A stretch of DNA of 64,000 nucleotides, from the NCBI GenBank assembly GCA_963666055.2, contig CAXWPH010000005.1:32001-96000 (forward strand), written 5' to 3'. Below are positions 47,810 through 58,837 of this stretch, in pieces (position 1 is the stretch's first letter; the number at the start of each line of letters is the position of its first letter). A program made the position numbers and the translations under genes. The notes beneath the pieces were generated by a model. The model did not search any database, was not told the origin of the DNA, and saw nothing but the letters and a program-made list of their open reading frames with translations. Source of the DNA: Acidobacteriota bacterium. Its GTDB lineage: Bacteria > Acidobacteriota > UBA890 > WLXD01.

Positions 47810-47824
47810 ACCACGGCCTGCTAG
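47810..47824. repeat. 15-bp MITE terminal remnant
   Basis: ACCACGGCCTGCTAG is identical to the MITE end; its CTAG is the stop of the minus-strand gene. Confidence 0.65.
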
Positions 47825-50361
47825 CGAGTCGCTTCGGACAGAAGCCGTTGGTAAATCGCCCGCGCCTCGTCGAACTGGGCGAAAACGTGCGCCCGCTCCC
47901 GGTCCGAACGCCAGCCGGGCCACGCCTTGGCCATCTCCCGTAACTTGTCGATCCATCGGATCGAGTACTCGGCCGAGGCACGATCGCGCACCGGCTGATC
48001 CCCGACGTCGACCCAGATCGGATTGGTTAATCCTTGCGCATAAACGGCATCGAGCGGAAAGCGCTCCTCCGGGTCGCCCTCGGCACGAAGATGGAACCAG
48101 CCACTCTCGCTCACGGGATAGGACTTCTTCAAGTCGAAGCTGGTGCGCTCCCCGGACGGCGCGAACTCCTCGATGACCTCTCCGTTGTAAACGAGGAGGA
48201 TCGCTTTCAGCGGCGTGATGCTGCGGACCCTCGCCTCGACCTCGACGCTTCCGCCCCCCGGAGCGAGCGCCACCCGATCCCCAGGCATCTGCCCGTCGAC
48301 GGTCAGCTCGACCAGCGGTCCGGTGGAGACGAACGCACGTCCTTCACGCAAGCCCTCGAACCACGCTTCCATGTCGAGCCCGCGCTCACCGGTGTAGACA
48401 TAGGTGCGCACCGATCCGACCAGCTTGCTCAAGTGCAGGTTGCTGATCGAGTCTTCACCTCCGGTCGCGGTGACGTGGACGCCGTTGTTGAGCGTCGCGT
48501 ACCACGGATAGAAGCCGGAACGGCCCGCCTGCGACCATTCGACCGCGTCCGTGGTGCCGAGCGCGGCGTCGACCATGTACCCCTTGGCTCCGCCTAGATT
48601 GCCTTCGAGCGGATCGTTCTCGCCGGAAAACGCGTGCACGTAGCCGACGGTCGCGCCCTGCGCTCTCGCTTTGCGGAACATGTCCGTGTTGCTCGGATAG
48701 AGGCTCTCGATGGCGGTACCCTCATAGCCGGTCGTATAAGGCGAGATGAGATGGTCCTCGAGGCCGAACATGAACACGTGGCCGTAGAACGGCGGCCGGT
48801 ACTCCTGGCCCACCACGAGGATTCGGTCGGGCGTCGACAGCGGATGCGGCCCGCCGCCGGGAACGAAGAATTGATAGTCGAGGATACGGTTGTCCTTGTT
48901 CGCCACCTGCTCGTTGACGATGTCCTGGTCCTCCGCCTCCGACATCATCATCAGATTCTCGAGCGTGTTGTGCAGGTTGCCAGCGTAGTTCATGTGGACA
49001 TGGGTCGAGCCGCTGTACCAGCCCTTCGCGGCCATGTCCGTCATCGGCTCCAGTGCGACGGTGAGCTGGCTCACCCCGCCCGCCTCGATGTCGGCCTCGA
49101 GCGTCTGCGGCCAGTACTCGAACCCTTTCACGATGGTGAGCTCCACGGGCCCGGGCGGCACCTCGACGCGGAACGTGCCTTCGTGATGGAAGATATCGTC
49201 GCCAACACCGGTGCCGCGCGCATAGGCCGTGGTCGGCGCGTAGAACTTTCCATCCGACGCGCGCAGGTGAACCCGCGAGCCTACGGGCGCGGACGATCCG
49301 GCCACGACGGTCCGTACCGATAGCACGCCCATCGGACGGCGCCAGCGACGATCGGTGATGTAGATCGTCCTCTGGGCCCCCCCGTAGGTCTCGAGGAGCT
49401 CGAGCTGGGGTAGACCCTCCTTGTTGCCGATGTAGGCGATCCACTCTCCATCCGGTGAGAACCGCGGATGAAAAGCGTCGTGACTGAAGAACGTCATCTT
49501 GTACGGCTCACCGCCCACCGTGGGCTGGACGTAGAGGTTGGTGAACTGATCGGCGGAGCCGCCCGTCGACGCGTAGATGAATCGCTTGCCGTCGAGAGAC
49601 ACGTCGGGACGGGTCCGGTACAGGGTTTGCTCGGACAGCACGGTTTGGGATTCCTCGATGCTCGAAGGAGCTACCGCCGCCCGCAGCACGTTGCCCGAGC
49701 CGAGGGGCGTGTTGCGGTTCGACACGAACAGGAGTTCCCGCCCATCGGGGAGCCACGTCGGGGTAATCGCCATATCCCACGCGCCGAAGTAGAGGCGGTC
49801 GTTGCCGTAGTTGTTGTCTTCGGTGATGGCGATCTCCTCGCCGTCCCATTGGCCGTCGCGCACGCCGCGGACATAGAGGTTGAAGTAGCCCGAGGGCTTC
49901 GTGGATACATACGCGAGGCGCGTGCCGTCGGGAGAGAACACCGGGTCGACATATATCTGGTCGTCGTTCGTGAGGGCGTGGCTCTCCCCGGTCTCGAGGT
50001 TCAGCATCTCCAGCTGGATCGTGCGACCGCCGTCGTCCGCCGTATAGACCAGCCACTTGCCGTCGGGCGAGATATCCGGAAGCGAGTGATACTTCTCGTT
50101 GTAGGTGAGCTCGCGCGCCTGACCGGTCTCGGGATCGACACTCCAGATCGACCCGTTCATGGCCACCGCGATCCACGTGCCGTCGGGAGACCAGTCGGGA
50201 GCCCATGGGGTCGAGCTGGGCGCCGGCGGGAAATAGAAGTTGTGCATGTAGTTCCCACCGTGTCTCGACGCCGGATAGCGACCCTGGGCCAGCACGCTTA
50301 CAGGAAGGATGAGAAGTAGAAGAGCCCCGACCGTTAGCCGGAACCGTGAGTTTCGCGTCAT
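47821..50361 (-). CDS. CehA/McbA-family metallohydrolase with N-terminal PD40 propeller
   Basis: SPDG repeats, GWYSGSTHVH, GQEYR..GH, YVH and GGED; ATG 50361 with GAGGA and signal peptide. Confidence 0.85.
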   Translation of the reverse strand: MTRNSRFRLTVGALLLLILPVSVLAQGRYPASRHGGNYMHNFYFPPAPSSTPWAPDWSPDGTWIAVAMNGSIWSVDPETGQARELTYNEKYHSLPDISPDGKWLVYTADDGGRTIQLEMLNLETGESHALTNDDQIYVDPVFSPDGTRLAYVSTKPSGYFNLYVRGVRDGQWDGEEIAITEDNNYGNDRLYFGAWDMAITPTWLPDGRELLFVSNRNTPLGSGNVLRAAVAPSSIEESQTVLSEQTLYRTRPDVSLDGKRFIYASTGGSADQFTNLYVQPTVGGEPYKMTFFSHDAFHPRFSPDGEWIAYIGNKEGLPQLELLETYGGAQRTIYITDRRWRRPMGVLSVRTVVAGSSAPVGSRVHLRASDGKFYAPTTAYARGTGVGDDIFHHEGTFRVEVPPGPVELTIVKGFEYWPQTLEADIEAGGVSQLTVALEPMTDMAAKGWYSGSTHVHMNYAGNLHNTLENLMMMSEAEDQDIVNEQVANKDNRILDYQFFVPGGGPHPLSTPDRILVVGQEYRPPFYGHVFMFGLEDHLISPYTTGYEGTAIESLYPSNTDMFRKARAQGATVGYVHAFSGENDPLEGNLGGAKGYMVDAALGTTDAVEWSQAGRSGFYPWYATLNNGVHVTATGGEDSISNLHLSKLVGSVRTYVYTGERGLDMEAWFEGLREGRAFVSTGPLVELTVDGQMPGDRVALAPGGGSVEVEARVRSITPLKAILLVYNGEVIEEFAPSGERTSFDLKKSYPVSESGWFHLRAEGDPEERFPLDAVYAQGLTNPIWVDVGDQPVRDRASAEYSIRWIDKLREMAKAWPGWRSDRERAHVFAQFDEARAIYQRLLSEATR

Positions 50362-50399
50362 GTCAGCATCCTCGACTAAATGCGACCGACTATAGCAGC

Positions 50400-50598
50400 A
50401 GCTTTTCCAGCGACAGGCGAGGAGACGGGCGATTCCGAACAAGACCAACGCGCTCACGAGAAGAACCGACAGCTCCGGCCACAGCTCGCTCGCGGGAGCA
50501 CCGCGCCTGTACACTTTCGTGTACCCGTCGAGTGCCGATGCGTTGAACGTGATCCGCCCGAACGCCTGCATCGCCTCGCTCATCGCGTAGCGAGGCAC
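50400..50598 (-). pseudogene. C-terminal stump of an ABC-2 permease
   Basis: PRYAMSEAMQAFGRITFNASALDGYTKV...LWPELSVLL...ARLLACRW; its stop is lost, so it reads into the next gene. Confidence 0.6.
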
Positions 50599-50647
50599 CT
50601 ATTGGCCGGGTAGTCTGCGGGCGTTCTCCAAGCAGCCGGGGTGCTGA

Positions 50648-53371
50648 ATGGAAGCAGGTAGCAAGCTCGCCCATTTCGAGTTAATCGAGCCGCTGGGTGC
50701 AGGCGGTATGGGCGAGGTGTACCTGGCGCAGGACACACGCCTGGGTCGCAAGGTGGCCATCAAGGTGCTACCCGCCGAGTTTGCCTCTGATCCCGAGCGC
50801 CTGGCCCGCTTCGAGCAGGAGGCCCGTGCTGCCGCCGCCCTCAACCACCCGCACATCGCGGTCGTTCACGATATCGGCACCGAAGGCGACACCCACTTCA
50901 TGGTGCAGGAGTACCTGGAAGGGGACACGCTCAGGGAGCCGCTACAGAAGGGTGCGCTGCCACTCAAGAAGGCGCTCGGGTTGGCCACCGAGATCGCCGA
51001 GGCGCTGGCAGCAGCACATGCCGCCGGGATCATCCACCGGGATCTGAAGCCGGAGAACATCTTCGTCACCAAGGAGGGGCACGCCAAGGTGCAGGACTTC
51101 GGGCTGGCGAAGCTCACCGAGGTGGCGGGGGCAGGATCACCGGGCGGTGCAACGCAGTCACCCACGATGATGGGCACGGTGGCCGGTCAGGTGATGGGTA
51201 CTGCCGGCTATATGGCCCCGGAGCAGGTCGAGGGCTCCGAGGAGATCGACCATCGGGCCGACCTGTTCGCCTTCGGCTGCGTGCTGTACGAGATGGCGAG
51301 CGGTCGGAGGGCATTTGCCGGCAAGAACGTCATCCAAACGCTCGATCGAATCGTCAACGAAGAGCCAGGACCGCTTACCGACGCGAATCCCGACCTGCCG
51401 TTACATCTCGGGTGGGTGGTGACGAAGTGCCTGGCGAAAGCCCGGTCGGATCGTTACCAGACAGCGGCAGAGGCGGCGATCGATCTGAAAGCCCTGAGTG
51501 CGGCAGTTGAAGCAGGAACTGCAATTCGGGCGGCGAGTCTGACCGGCAGTGGCCAGCACCCTTCAGAGACCCGCCTGCTAGTGCCGCTGGGCGTATCCAT
51601 CGCCGCCACAGCGATCGTTTTCACAGCAGCCGGGTACTGGGCTGGAGTCGGGGGCAGCGAAGCTGTTGATGCAGCGGGCCAACAGGGTCGCGTCAGCACG
51701 GCAACCGAGATCAGCCTTCCGTTGGAGACGCCTCTCCCGCTCGGCGGACGAGCCTCTGAGGTGGGCTTTGACAGCCCTTCGATTGCTCTTTCACCGGATG
51801 GTTCGTTGCTTGTTTTCGTCGGTATGTCCGGTGCCACAACGCAACTGTACCGGCGGGAGATGAACGGTTTCGATGTCAACGCGATCCCCGGCACGGAGGG
51901 AGCCACTCACGCTTTCTTCTCGCCCGATGGCGAGTCTCTCGGGTTTCTCACCAACAACCAGGTGAAGAGAGTGTCGCTTCGGGGAGACCCGCCGCAGACC
52001 CTGTGTAATGCACAGAGCCCGGTTACCGCAACCTGGGCACGCGACAACGCGGTCTACTACACGTCGGGGCAAGGACGGTCGTTGTGGCGAGTCGACGCCG
52101 GGGGCGGGGAATGCCGGGAGGTTGGGTCTGCAGTTTATGGCCGCCGCAGCTACGGCAAAGTACTGCCTGAGGGCAAATGGGCGTTGATCGGCGACAGTGG
52201 CGTGCACACCGCCGGTGACTACTCTGACATTCAATTGCTGTCGCTTGAGACCCTCGAAACGAGGCTGCTCATCCGTAATGGGTACGACGCTCGCTACATC
52301 GGCACGGGCCATATCCTTTTTGGGCGCTCCGGAGGACTCTACGCCGTTCCCTTCGACCTCGCCGGCCTGACGGTGACGGGCGAGCCGGTGCTGGTGGCTC
52401 GTGACGTTCGCATGGACTCGTTCTTTTCCATCATCCAGGTGGCGGCGTCTGACAATGGCGTCGTCGCCTATGTCCCGGGAGGCGACGCCTCGGTCGGGAA
52501 AATGGCCTGGATTGATCGTGACGGCACTACGGAGTATCTGCCCCCGGAGGAGCGGCTCTACGGCTCCCTTGACCTGTCGCCGGATGGAAATCGGATCGCC
52601 GTGCACGTCGCGGACGTGAACGACTACATCGGGATCTACACGATCGATCGCAACGAATGGAAGAGGCTGCGGGCTCCAGAAAACGATGGCTGGCCTGCAT
52701 GGTCGCCCGACGGCAGCCAGATAGCTTTCATCAGCCGGCAGGAAGCCGACGCGAATCGAGTTGTGATCCAGGACGTTGACAATCCAGACTCAGCACAGGT
52801 GTTCTCCAGTTCCGACCGAATCGCCTATTACGTGTCTTGGAACCCTACCGATCGGGTCATGGTTCTAGGACTTCTCGCCGCCGCCAGGAGAGGTTCCGGG
52901 TTCTTGGCCTTGTCGGACGATGCGAGTTCTTCGTCGGATTTGGACCCTGTCTTCGGAGGTGGTTTGGCCTCGTTTTCTGGCGACGGAACCCATGTCGCCT
53001 ACAACTCAGACGAGTCGGGACAGACTCAGATATACGTCCGCTCGTATCCTGGGAACGCGCTGACCGGACCGATCTCCGACGGGTACGGCATCGAGGCGCG
53101 CTGGTGCACGCGGTGCAATGCACTTTTCTACCGCAGCAAGAACCAGTTCTTCTCGACCCTGGTTCAGCTAGAGTCGGCCTTCGCATACGAACCGCCCATG
53201 AGTGTTTTCGAGACGGACCGCTTCATCGACACCCCCGGGCTGTCCTACGACATCACATCGGACGGCCAACGGCTGCTGGTGGTCAAACGGGCCAGAGAAA
53301 TGCCGCGCACCACAATCCATGTGATTCAAAACTGGTTGGAGGCGACGGACGGCGCGTCTTCTCCGAACTGA
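50648..53371 (+). CDS. Ser/Thr kinase + TM + TolB/PD40 beta-propeller
   Basis: Kinase domain nearly identical to the 26338 and 36239 copies up to about 51297 (KVQDFG variant); divergent propeller. Confidence 0.9.
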   Translation: MEAGSKLAHFELIEPLGAGGMGEVYLAQDTRLGRKVAIKVLPAEFASDPERLARFEQEARAAAALNHPHIAVVHDIGTEGDTHFMVQEYLEGDTLREPLQKGALPLKKALGLATEIAEALAAAHAAGIIHRDLKPENIFVTKEGHAKVQDFGLAKLTEVAGAGSPGGATQSPTMMGTVAGQVMGTAGYMAPEQVEGSEEIDHRADLFAFGCVLYEMASGRRAFAGKNVIQTLDRIVNEEPGPLTDANPDLPLHLGWVVTKCLAKARSDRYQTAAEAAIDLKALSAAVEAGTAIRAASLTGSGQHPSETRLLVPLGVSIAATAIVFTAAGYWAGVGGSEAVDAAGQQGRVSTATEISLPLETPLPLGGRASEVGFDSPSIALSPDGSLLVFVGMSGATTQLYRREMNGFDVNAIPGTEGATHAFFSPDGESLGFLTNNQVKRVSLRGDPPQTLCNAQSPVTATWARDNAVYYTSGQGRSLWRVDAGGGECREVGSAVYGRRSYGKVLPEGKWALIGDSGVHTAGDYSDIQLLSLETLETRLLIRNGYDARYIGTGHILFGRSGGLYAVPFDLAGLTVTGEPVLVARDVRMDSFFSIIQVAASDNGVVAYVPGGDASVGKMAWIDRDGTTEYLPPEERLYGSLDLSPDGNRIAVHVADVNDYIGIYTIDRNEWKRLRAPENDGWPAWSPDGSQIAFISRQEADANRVVIQDVDNPDSAQVFSSSDRIAYYVSWNPTDRVMVLGLLAAARRGSGFLALSDDASSSSDLDPVFGGGLASFSGDGTHVAYNSDESGQTQIYVRSYPGNALTGPISDGYGIEARWCTRCNALFYRSKNQFFSTLVQLESAFAYEPPMSVFETDRFIDTPGLSYDITSDGQRLLVVKRAREMPRTTIHVIQNWLEATDGASSPN

Positions 53372-53456
53372 CGCGGGCAGAAGCGCCGAACTCAAGTCGT
53401 TGGGAGAGTCTGCTGGTCCCGTTGTCCCTACGCGCCGTCGTGCGTAGAGTCGGGCG

Positions 53457-56165
53457 ATGGAACCCGGCACCCGACTCGGCCACTACGAGATCCTGTCCCC
53501 GCTCGGCGAAGGCGGGATGGGGCAGGTGTATCGAGCACGGGACACGACGCTGGATCGTGATGTCGCCATCAAGGTGCTGTCAGAGGACTTCGCCAGCGAT
53601 GCCAACCGACTGGCACGATTCGAGCGGGAAGCAAAGCTGCTTGCCTCGCTGAACCATCCCAACATCGCCACCATCTTCGGATTCGAGGAATCGGACGGTG
53701 TGCTCTTCATCGCCATGGAGTTGGTGGAGGGTGACAGCCTCGCCGAACGCATCGCGGCCTCGGGGCGCATCGAGATCGACGAGGCACTGGAGATCGCCCG
53801 CCGGATCGCATTGGCGCTTGAAGCGGCTCACGAGGCTGGTGTCATCCATCGGGATTTGAAGCCTGCCAACGTGCAGGTGTCACCCGATGGCACCGTCAAG
53901 GTGCTCGATTTCGGGCTTGCCAAAGCCTACGAGGTGGAAGGCAGCGATCCGTCGTCGGATCTGAGCCACTCACCCACGATGATGGCCGCCACTGGCACCG
54001 GCGTGATCATGGGTACGGCTCCGTATATGAGCCCCGAACAGGCACGAGGTACACCGGTCGATAAACGTAGCGACATATGGGCGTTCGGCTGTGTGCTGTA
54101 CGAGATGCTTGCCGGCAAGCGTGCTTTCGGCGGGGAGACCGTCAGCGACACCATGGCGGCAATTCTCAGAGCGGAGCCGGATTGGAGACTGCTGCCAGAA
54201 AGCACGCCATGGGTGATCCAGCGGCTGGTGAAGCGTTCCCTAAAGAAGAACCCCGCTGAGCGCCTACATGACGCAGCTGATGCTCGGGTCGAGATCGTAG
54301 ACGCCATCGCCGATCCGGACGCCGGCTTCGTACTCGTGACTGGCTCTGGTGGGGCTGGGAAGCCGTCGTGGCGACGGTACGTTCCAACTCCCGTAGCCGC
54401 CGGCCTCGGTGTCGCGGCTGTTGCAGCCACGTTCCTTGCAGTCTCGACCTCGATGCGCCAGGTACCGACAGCGCCGGGACCAACAATGCGCCTGGAGGTG
54501 CGACTCACCGATGATCTCCTCCTCCCTACGGGTGTTGTTTTATCGCCGGATGGCACACAGATCGCCTACGTCCTGAGTAGTGGGGTGGCCCAAAGCGAGC
54601 TATACGTTCGCTCATTCGATGAGCTAGAAGGCATTCGCCTGGTTTCTGGCTCTCCACACTCACCCTTCTTCTCACCAGACGGCCAGTGGGTCGGTTTCTT
54701 CACGGGCTCGGACCTCAAGAAAGTGCCCGTCACCGGGAGCATCCCCCAGACTGTCGTTTCCTCCGACGTGCTCCCCGCCACTGGGGCCTGGGGGGTTGAC
54801 AACACAATCATCTTTGGCTCCGTCGGCGGTGGCCTGTTCCGTGTGTCGGCCAACGGCGGGGAGCCGGAATCATTGACACGGCTGGATCAGGCAGAGGCCG
54901 GGCACGTTTTCCCGCAACTGCTGCCGGACGGCAAGGCGGTGCTGTTTACGTCCGTTACCTTAGACAATTCGATGGCCACCGAAGTGCTGCATCTGGAGAC
55001 GAGACAACGACGTGTCGTGCAACCGGGTGGCCAGGGACGTTACGCACCTACCGGGCATCTGGTGTATCAAGATCAGGGAGCCCTGTTTGCCGTCCCGTTC
55101 GACCTGGGACAGCTGCAGGTGAAGGGCTCGGCGGTACCCGTCGTGCAGGGGCTTGCCACCTTTTTTGATGCGCAATCCGCGCAGTTCGACTTCTCGAGTA
55201 CAGGAACACTGGCCTATCTGGGCGGTGCCGCTAGCGGCTCTCAGAGGTATCCCGTCGTATGGGTAGACCGGCAGGGCAACACGACACCGCTGTGGGACGA
55301 GCCCGGCGTCTACAGTACTCCTCGGTTGTCTCCGGACGGCACACGACTGGCCGTGCACGCCTCGCGGAACGACAACGAAGATGTGTGGATCTATGACCTG
55401 GAACGGGATGCGCCGACCCGGCTGACGTCTGATGCAGCCCGCGACACGAGTCCTGTCTGGTCGCCGGACGGGCAGTTTCTCGCATTCCAGTCGAACCGCG
55501 ACGGCACGTTGAACATCTATCGGACTCGTGCCGACGGCTCAGGAACCGTGGTGCGGCTGACAGACAGCGACAGGTCACAGTTCCCGGAGTCATGGTCTGT
55601 GGATGGAGGTTTTCTGGCCTACGCTGAAGTCGGCGTCGGGACCAACTGGGACCTGTGGGTGTTGCCGCTCGAGGGGGATGGGGAACCGCGGGTCGTCGGG
55701 AACAGCGTTGCCGCCGATACGTGGTCCGCATTCTCGCCGAATGGTCGCTGGATCGCGTACGCATCTTTCGAATCAGGAAGGAATGAAGTCTATGTCCGGC
55801 CCTTTCCTCCTGGGCCTGGGAGGCACCAAGTCTCCATCGGCGGTGGCGGCCAACCCAAGTGGTCAGGCGATGGACGTGAGCTTTTCTACCGAACCCATAC
55901 AGGGATCATGGTGGTTGCTGTAGAGACGGAGGGTGATTCCTTTGGCTACGGTACAGCCGAGCAGCTCTTCGAAGGGAGTTTCCGTGGTGGGCTATACGGA
56001 ATGATCGACACCGGTTTCGGATACGCGGACTATGACGTTACGGCCGACGGTCAGCGGTTCGTGATGTTCCCTGGCGGGAGTCAACGCCTGAGAGACAGCA
56101 GCCATGTGACGTTGGTCACCAACTGGTTCGACGAGCTGAAGCGGCTCGTGCCGACGGACCCGTAG
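53457..56165 (+). CDS. Ser/Thr kinase + TM + TolB/PD40 beta-propeller (second kinase type)
   Basis: LGEGGMG, HRDLKPAN, DFG, MSPE, SPDG repeats and terminal NWFDELKR. Confidence 0.9.
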   Translation: MEPGTRLGHYEILSPLGEGGMGQVYRARDTTLDRDVAIKVLSEDFASDANRLARFEREAKLLASLNHPNIATIFGFEESDGVLFIAMELVEGDSLAERIAASGRIEIDEALEIARRIALALEAAHEAGVIHRDLKPANVQVSPDGTVKVLDFGLAKAYEVEGSDPSSDLSHSPTMMAATGTGVIMGTAPYMSPEQARGTPVDKRSDIWAFGCVLYEMLAGKRAFGGETVSDTMAAILRAEPDWRLLPESTPWVIQRLVKRSLKKNPAERLHDAADARVEIVDAIADPDAGFVLVTGSGGAGKPSWRRYVPTPVAAGLGVAAVAATFLAVSTSMRQVPTAPGPTMRLEVRLTDDLLLPTGVVLSPDGTQIAYVLSSGVAQSELYVRSFDELEGIRLVSGSPHSPFFSPDGQWVGFFTGSDLKKVPVTGSIPQTVVSSDVLPATGAWGVDNTIIFGSVGGGLFRVSANGGEPESLTRLDQAEAGHVFPQLLPDGKAVLFTSVTLDNSMATEVLHLETRQRRVVQPGGQGRYAPTGHLVYQDQGALFAVPFDLGQLQVKGSAVPVVQGLATFFDAQSAQFDFSSTGTLAYLGGAASGSQRYPVVWVDRQGNTTPLWDEPGVYSTPRLSPDGTRLAVHASRNDNEDVWIYDLERDAPTRLTSDAARDTSPVWSPDGQFLAFQSNRDGTLNIYRTRADGSGTVVRLTDSDRSQFPESWSVDGGFLAYAEVGVGTNWDLWVLPLEGDGEPRVVGNSVAADTWSAFSPNGRWIAYASFESGRNEVYVRPFPPGPGRHQVSIGGGGQPKWSGDGRELFYRTHTGIMVVAVETEGDSFGYGTAEQLFEGSFRGGLYGMIDTGFGYADYDVTADGQRFVMFPGGSQRLRDSSHVTLVTNWFDELKRLVPTDP

Positions 56166-56238
56166 CGGCGTCAGCGGAGTGTCGCGAGCCGATTCCCGTT
56201 GCACTATTTCTTGCACCACCGCGACCACACCCACCCGG

Positions 56239-57255
56239 CTACCTGTGCTCCTCGCTTCTGTCCTCATAGCGCGCGCCGCTCAACGAGTTGGAGAGGGAGT
56301 AGTTGCCTTCGTGACAGGAATACTCGTAGAGCAAGTCGTCGAAGCGCTCGAACAGAACCTCGCCGCCCCAGGTGCTCGCATACATCGTCGGGTCGTCGAT
56401 GGTGAACTCGTAGTGAATGGTCTCCTCATCGACTAGGGTGAAGCGCTCGATCACCTTGGCATCTTCCGAGGGAGGGACGCCGCGGTCCTCGACGTCGGCC
56501 GCGTTATCGCTGTGGAGCGCGTTATCGGGATTCAAGTTGGTGGTCTCGACAACGAGCGTGTCCCCCTCCCAACGACCCCACGAGTCACCGAACCAGGGGC
56601 GAACGTGGTTCGGAAGCGGTACGGGCTCACCGAGCCGGATGATCCGGACGTCGTGCACCATCTCGGTCATGATCATCACGTGATCGGCGTTCTGCACGAT
56701 CGTGTAGTTGCTGAGATAGAAGTAGTTGGGGAGCATCGGCGGACCGGCATTGGAGCCGAACGATACGAGGCAACGGTCTGCCAGCAGTAGGAGCTCGGGA
56801 TGATCGTTAGGACCAAACTGGCTCCTGAGCGCTGCACGCTCCTCGACCCGCCGGTGTCCCTCCAGCGTTAGCTCCGGCACGCGGCCATCCGCCGGATGTG
56901 TGATCAGAGAGCTTCTGGGCTCGCCATTGACGACCGTCACGCGCTCACCGGCCTCGCTCGGCGTCGTGCTGCAGCTCCAGCATTCGCCTGGCCCTCCTCG
57001 ATCCTCGATCTCCGCAACCTGTTCCGGGTTGAGAACGGCCCCCAGCCCTGGCGGACGCTGGACGGGAGTAAGTGTGGCGTTGGTCCAGTTCCCCTGGAGA
57101 TTCGGGTGGCCGTGCGGCGTCCTCGGCACCTGCCACTCTGCGGCGTCGGAGGCAGCATTCTGTGCCGCTGCGGTCGACCACAGTGTCGCCGCCGAAAACG
57201 AGATCACTGCTGTAGCCATGGCGCACAGCTTGAGCGGCAGCGCACATCGTCGCAC
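56239..57255 (-). CDS. Conserved hypothetical secreted protein
   Basis: PRTPHGHPNLQGNW, GDSWGRWEGDTLVVET and YEYSCHEGNY; start uncertain (57255 or 57219). Confidence 0.8.
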   Translation of the reverse strand: MRRCALPLKLCAMATAVISFSAATLWSTAAAQNAASDAAEWQVPRTPHGHPNLQGNWTNATLTPVQRPPGLGAVLNPEQVAEIEDRGGPGECWSCSTTPSEAGERVTVVNGEPRSSLITHPADGRVPELTLEGHRRVEERAALRSQFGPNDHPELLLLADRCLVSFGSNAGPPMLPNYFYLSNYTIVQNADHVMIMTEMVHDVRIIRLGEPVPLPNHVRPWFGDSWGRWEGDTLVVETTNLNPDNALHSDNAADVEDRGVPPSEDAKVIERFTLVDEETIHYEFTIDDPTMYASTWGGEVLFERFDDLLYEYSCHEGNYSLSNSLSGARYEDRSEEHR

Positions 57256-57271
57256 CAGGCCGGGCCAATAA

Positions 57272-58837
57272 CTACTGAATGAGCAGGAGCTCTCGTTGCG
57301 GCGGAGACAAACGCTCGACCCCATTTTCAGTGGCGATCGCTTGTTCATGGTTCCAAAAGGTCAAGTATTGGTCTTCGCCTTCGTCGGCAGGCGACGGCAT
57401 ATAGAAGAAGTACTCCAGAACGAAGTGGTGATTGGACGAGAGCGGCATGTCGAAAGCCCATTCCGGACCATAGGAACCCATTCTGGGGCCTAGGCCGGCA
57501 TCGAACCTCGCCTCACGCGCTCCCTTTCCCACCCCGTGGAGGTCGAAAGTAACCTGGGTATTCTCGGGGTCGAAGCCTTCAGGATAGACGTGAGAATCGT
57601 TGTCCCAGCACCCTTCCTCCATATATTGATACTGGCCGAGCACCGGCTTCAGGAAGCAGAGGCTCTCGAAGAGGTTCGGCTGAACCATAGGCACTTGCGG
57701 ATCTCTGACAATGATGCCGGCGTCGGCAAGCTTCTGCTGGTAGCTCTTCATTATTTCGCGGGGGGTAAGACCCGCCCGGATGGTCTCCGACAGGATCTCG
57801 GCGATCGTCAGATGTTCCTCCCACAACCTCTTGATGTCGGCGGGCGGTTCGGTCTCTCCGTCACGAAGCACATAGGCGAACAGTCCCTGGCTCGGCGCTG
57901 CAAGGATGTCGCCTCCTTGAACCACAGGGTCTTCCAAACCTTCACTGTTTCCGCGTTGCGATCGTCCGGCGCGCATACGGCGAAAGACAGTCAGGTCCAC
58001 CTCGCGAGTCTTGGTTACGCCCGGCACGATGTCGGCAAGAGCGCCCTTGAGGCGTTCGAGCTCGTCCGCGCGCATCTTCTTGAGCAGCTCGACCTCGCTC
58101 GGCACCGGACTGATGTTGTAGTCCATGATCAGATATTCGGACGACACCAGCCTGTCGGCGTATTCCTCACCGAGCTCCTCAGCTAGCAGGAGGTAGTCTG
58201 CGTGCGAAATCCCGTCGTCTGTTCTGGTGGAGGTCGCCCACGGAGCGAGACGGTCTCGGTAATTGACCGCGATGCGCTCCGGGTCGCGCGCTTCGACGAA
58301 GGCTCCGAGGCCCTTGAATCGGTAGTCATACTCCGTCATCGGGCTCGACAAGGGTTCGCCATAAACAACCGGCTCGCCGACGATGTCGTAGACGCCGAGC
58401 GCTTCCATCGGATCCGTGTAGTCGCTGCGGCTCTTCGCCAGCTCAGCCGACCAGTCCGAAAACAGGACACGCTGTGAAGCTCGCCAGCGACGCCCGATAA
58501 TTGCCCGCTCGATCCGATCAACACCACGGTCTGTGAAGACGAAGACACCGGAGGTACTGCCCAGCTCTTCCGCCCCGAACGGATCGGGAATTGCGGCGCG
58601 CATCACATGGATCCACATGTCGATGCCACGGTTCTGCATGATCTTCGGCAGGATGAGGTCGAACTTGTCCCGACGAATCTGGTTGTTCTCTTCGACGTAG
58701 CGTGAGGATCTGGCGCGCTCTTCTTGAGCCGAGGCAGCGGCGGGCAACAGGGTTGCAAGACCGAGCAGCAGCAACAGGCTCAAGGGGTTGGAGCAAGTCG
58801 TGCGGGAAACCGTCGAAGTGCTCCGCATGTGCGTCAT
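57272..58837 (-). CDS. Peptidase M24-like (Xaa-Pro aminopeptidase-like) secreted protein
   Basis: IDMWIHVMR, HGVG, LEY and HEQ resemble this family; ATG 58837 after AGAGGAG; signal peptide. Confidence 0.65.
   Translation of the reverse strand: MTHMRSTSTVSRTTCSNPLSLLLLLGLATLLPAAASAQEERARSSRYVEENNQIRRDKFDLILPKIMQNRGIDMWIHVMRAAIPDPFGAEELGSTSGVFVFTDRGVDRIERAIIGRRWRASQRVLFSDWSAELAKSRSDYTDPMEALGVYDIVGEPVVYGEPLSSPMTEYDYRFKGLGAFVEARDPERIAVNYRDRLAPWATSTRTDDGISHADYLLLAEELGEEYADRLVSSEYLIMDYNISPVPSEVELLKKMRADELERLKGALADIVPGVTKTREVDLTVFRRMRAGRSQRGNSEGLEDPVVQGGDILAAPSQGLFAYVLRDGETEPPADIKRLWEEHLTIAEILSETIRAGLTPREIMKSYQQKLADAGIIVRDPQVPMVQPNLFESLCFLKPVLGQYQYMEEGCWDNDSHVYPEGFDPENTQVTFDLHGVGKGAREARFDAGLGPRMGSYGPEWAFDMPLSSNHHFVLEYFFYMPSPADEGEDQYLTFWNHEQAIATENGVERLSPPQRELLLIQ

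Noticed and set aside
47821-50598. 925-aa permease-metallohydrolase fusion
   Set aside because: The hydrolase has its own RBS, ATG (50361) and signal peptide; the upstream part is a decayed ABC permease tail that lost its stop.
53359-53408. attC-like hairpin between kinase genes (TCTCCGAAC...GTTGGGAGA)
   Set aside because: Too short, left core does not fit RYYYAAC, and no paired L boxes.
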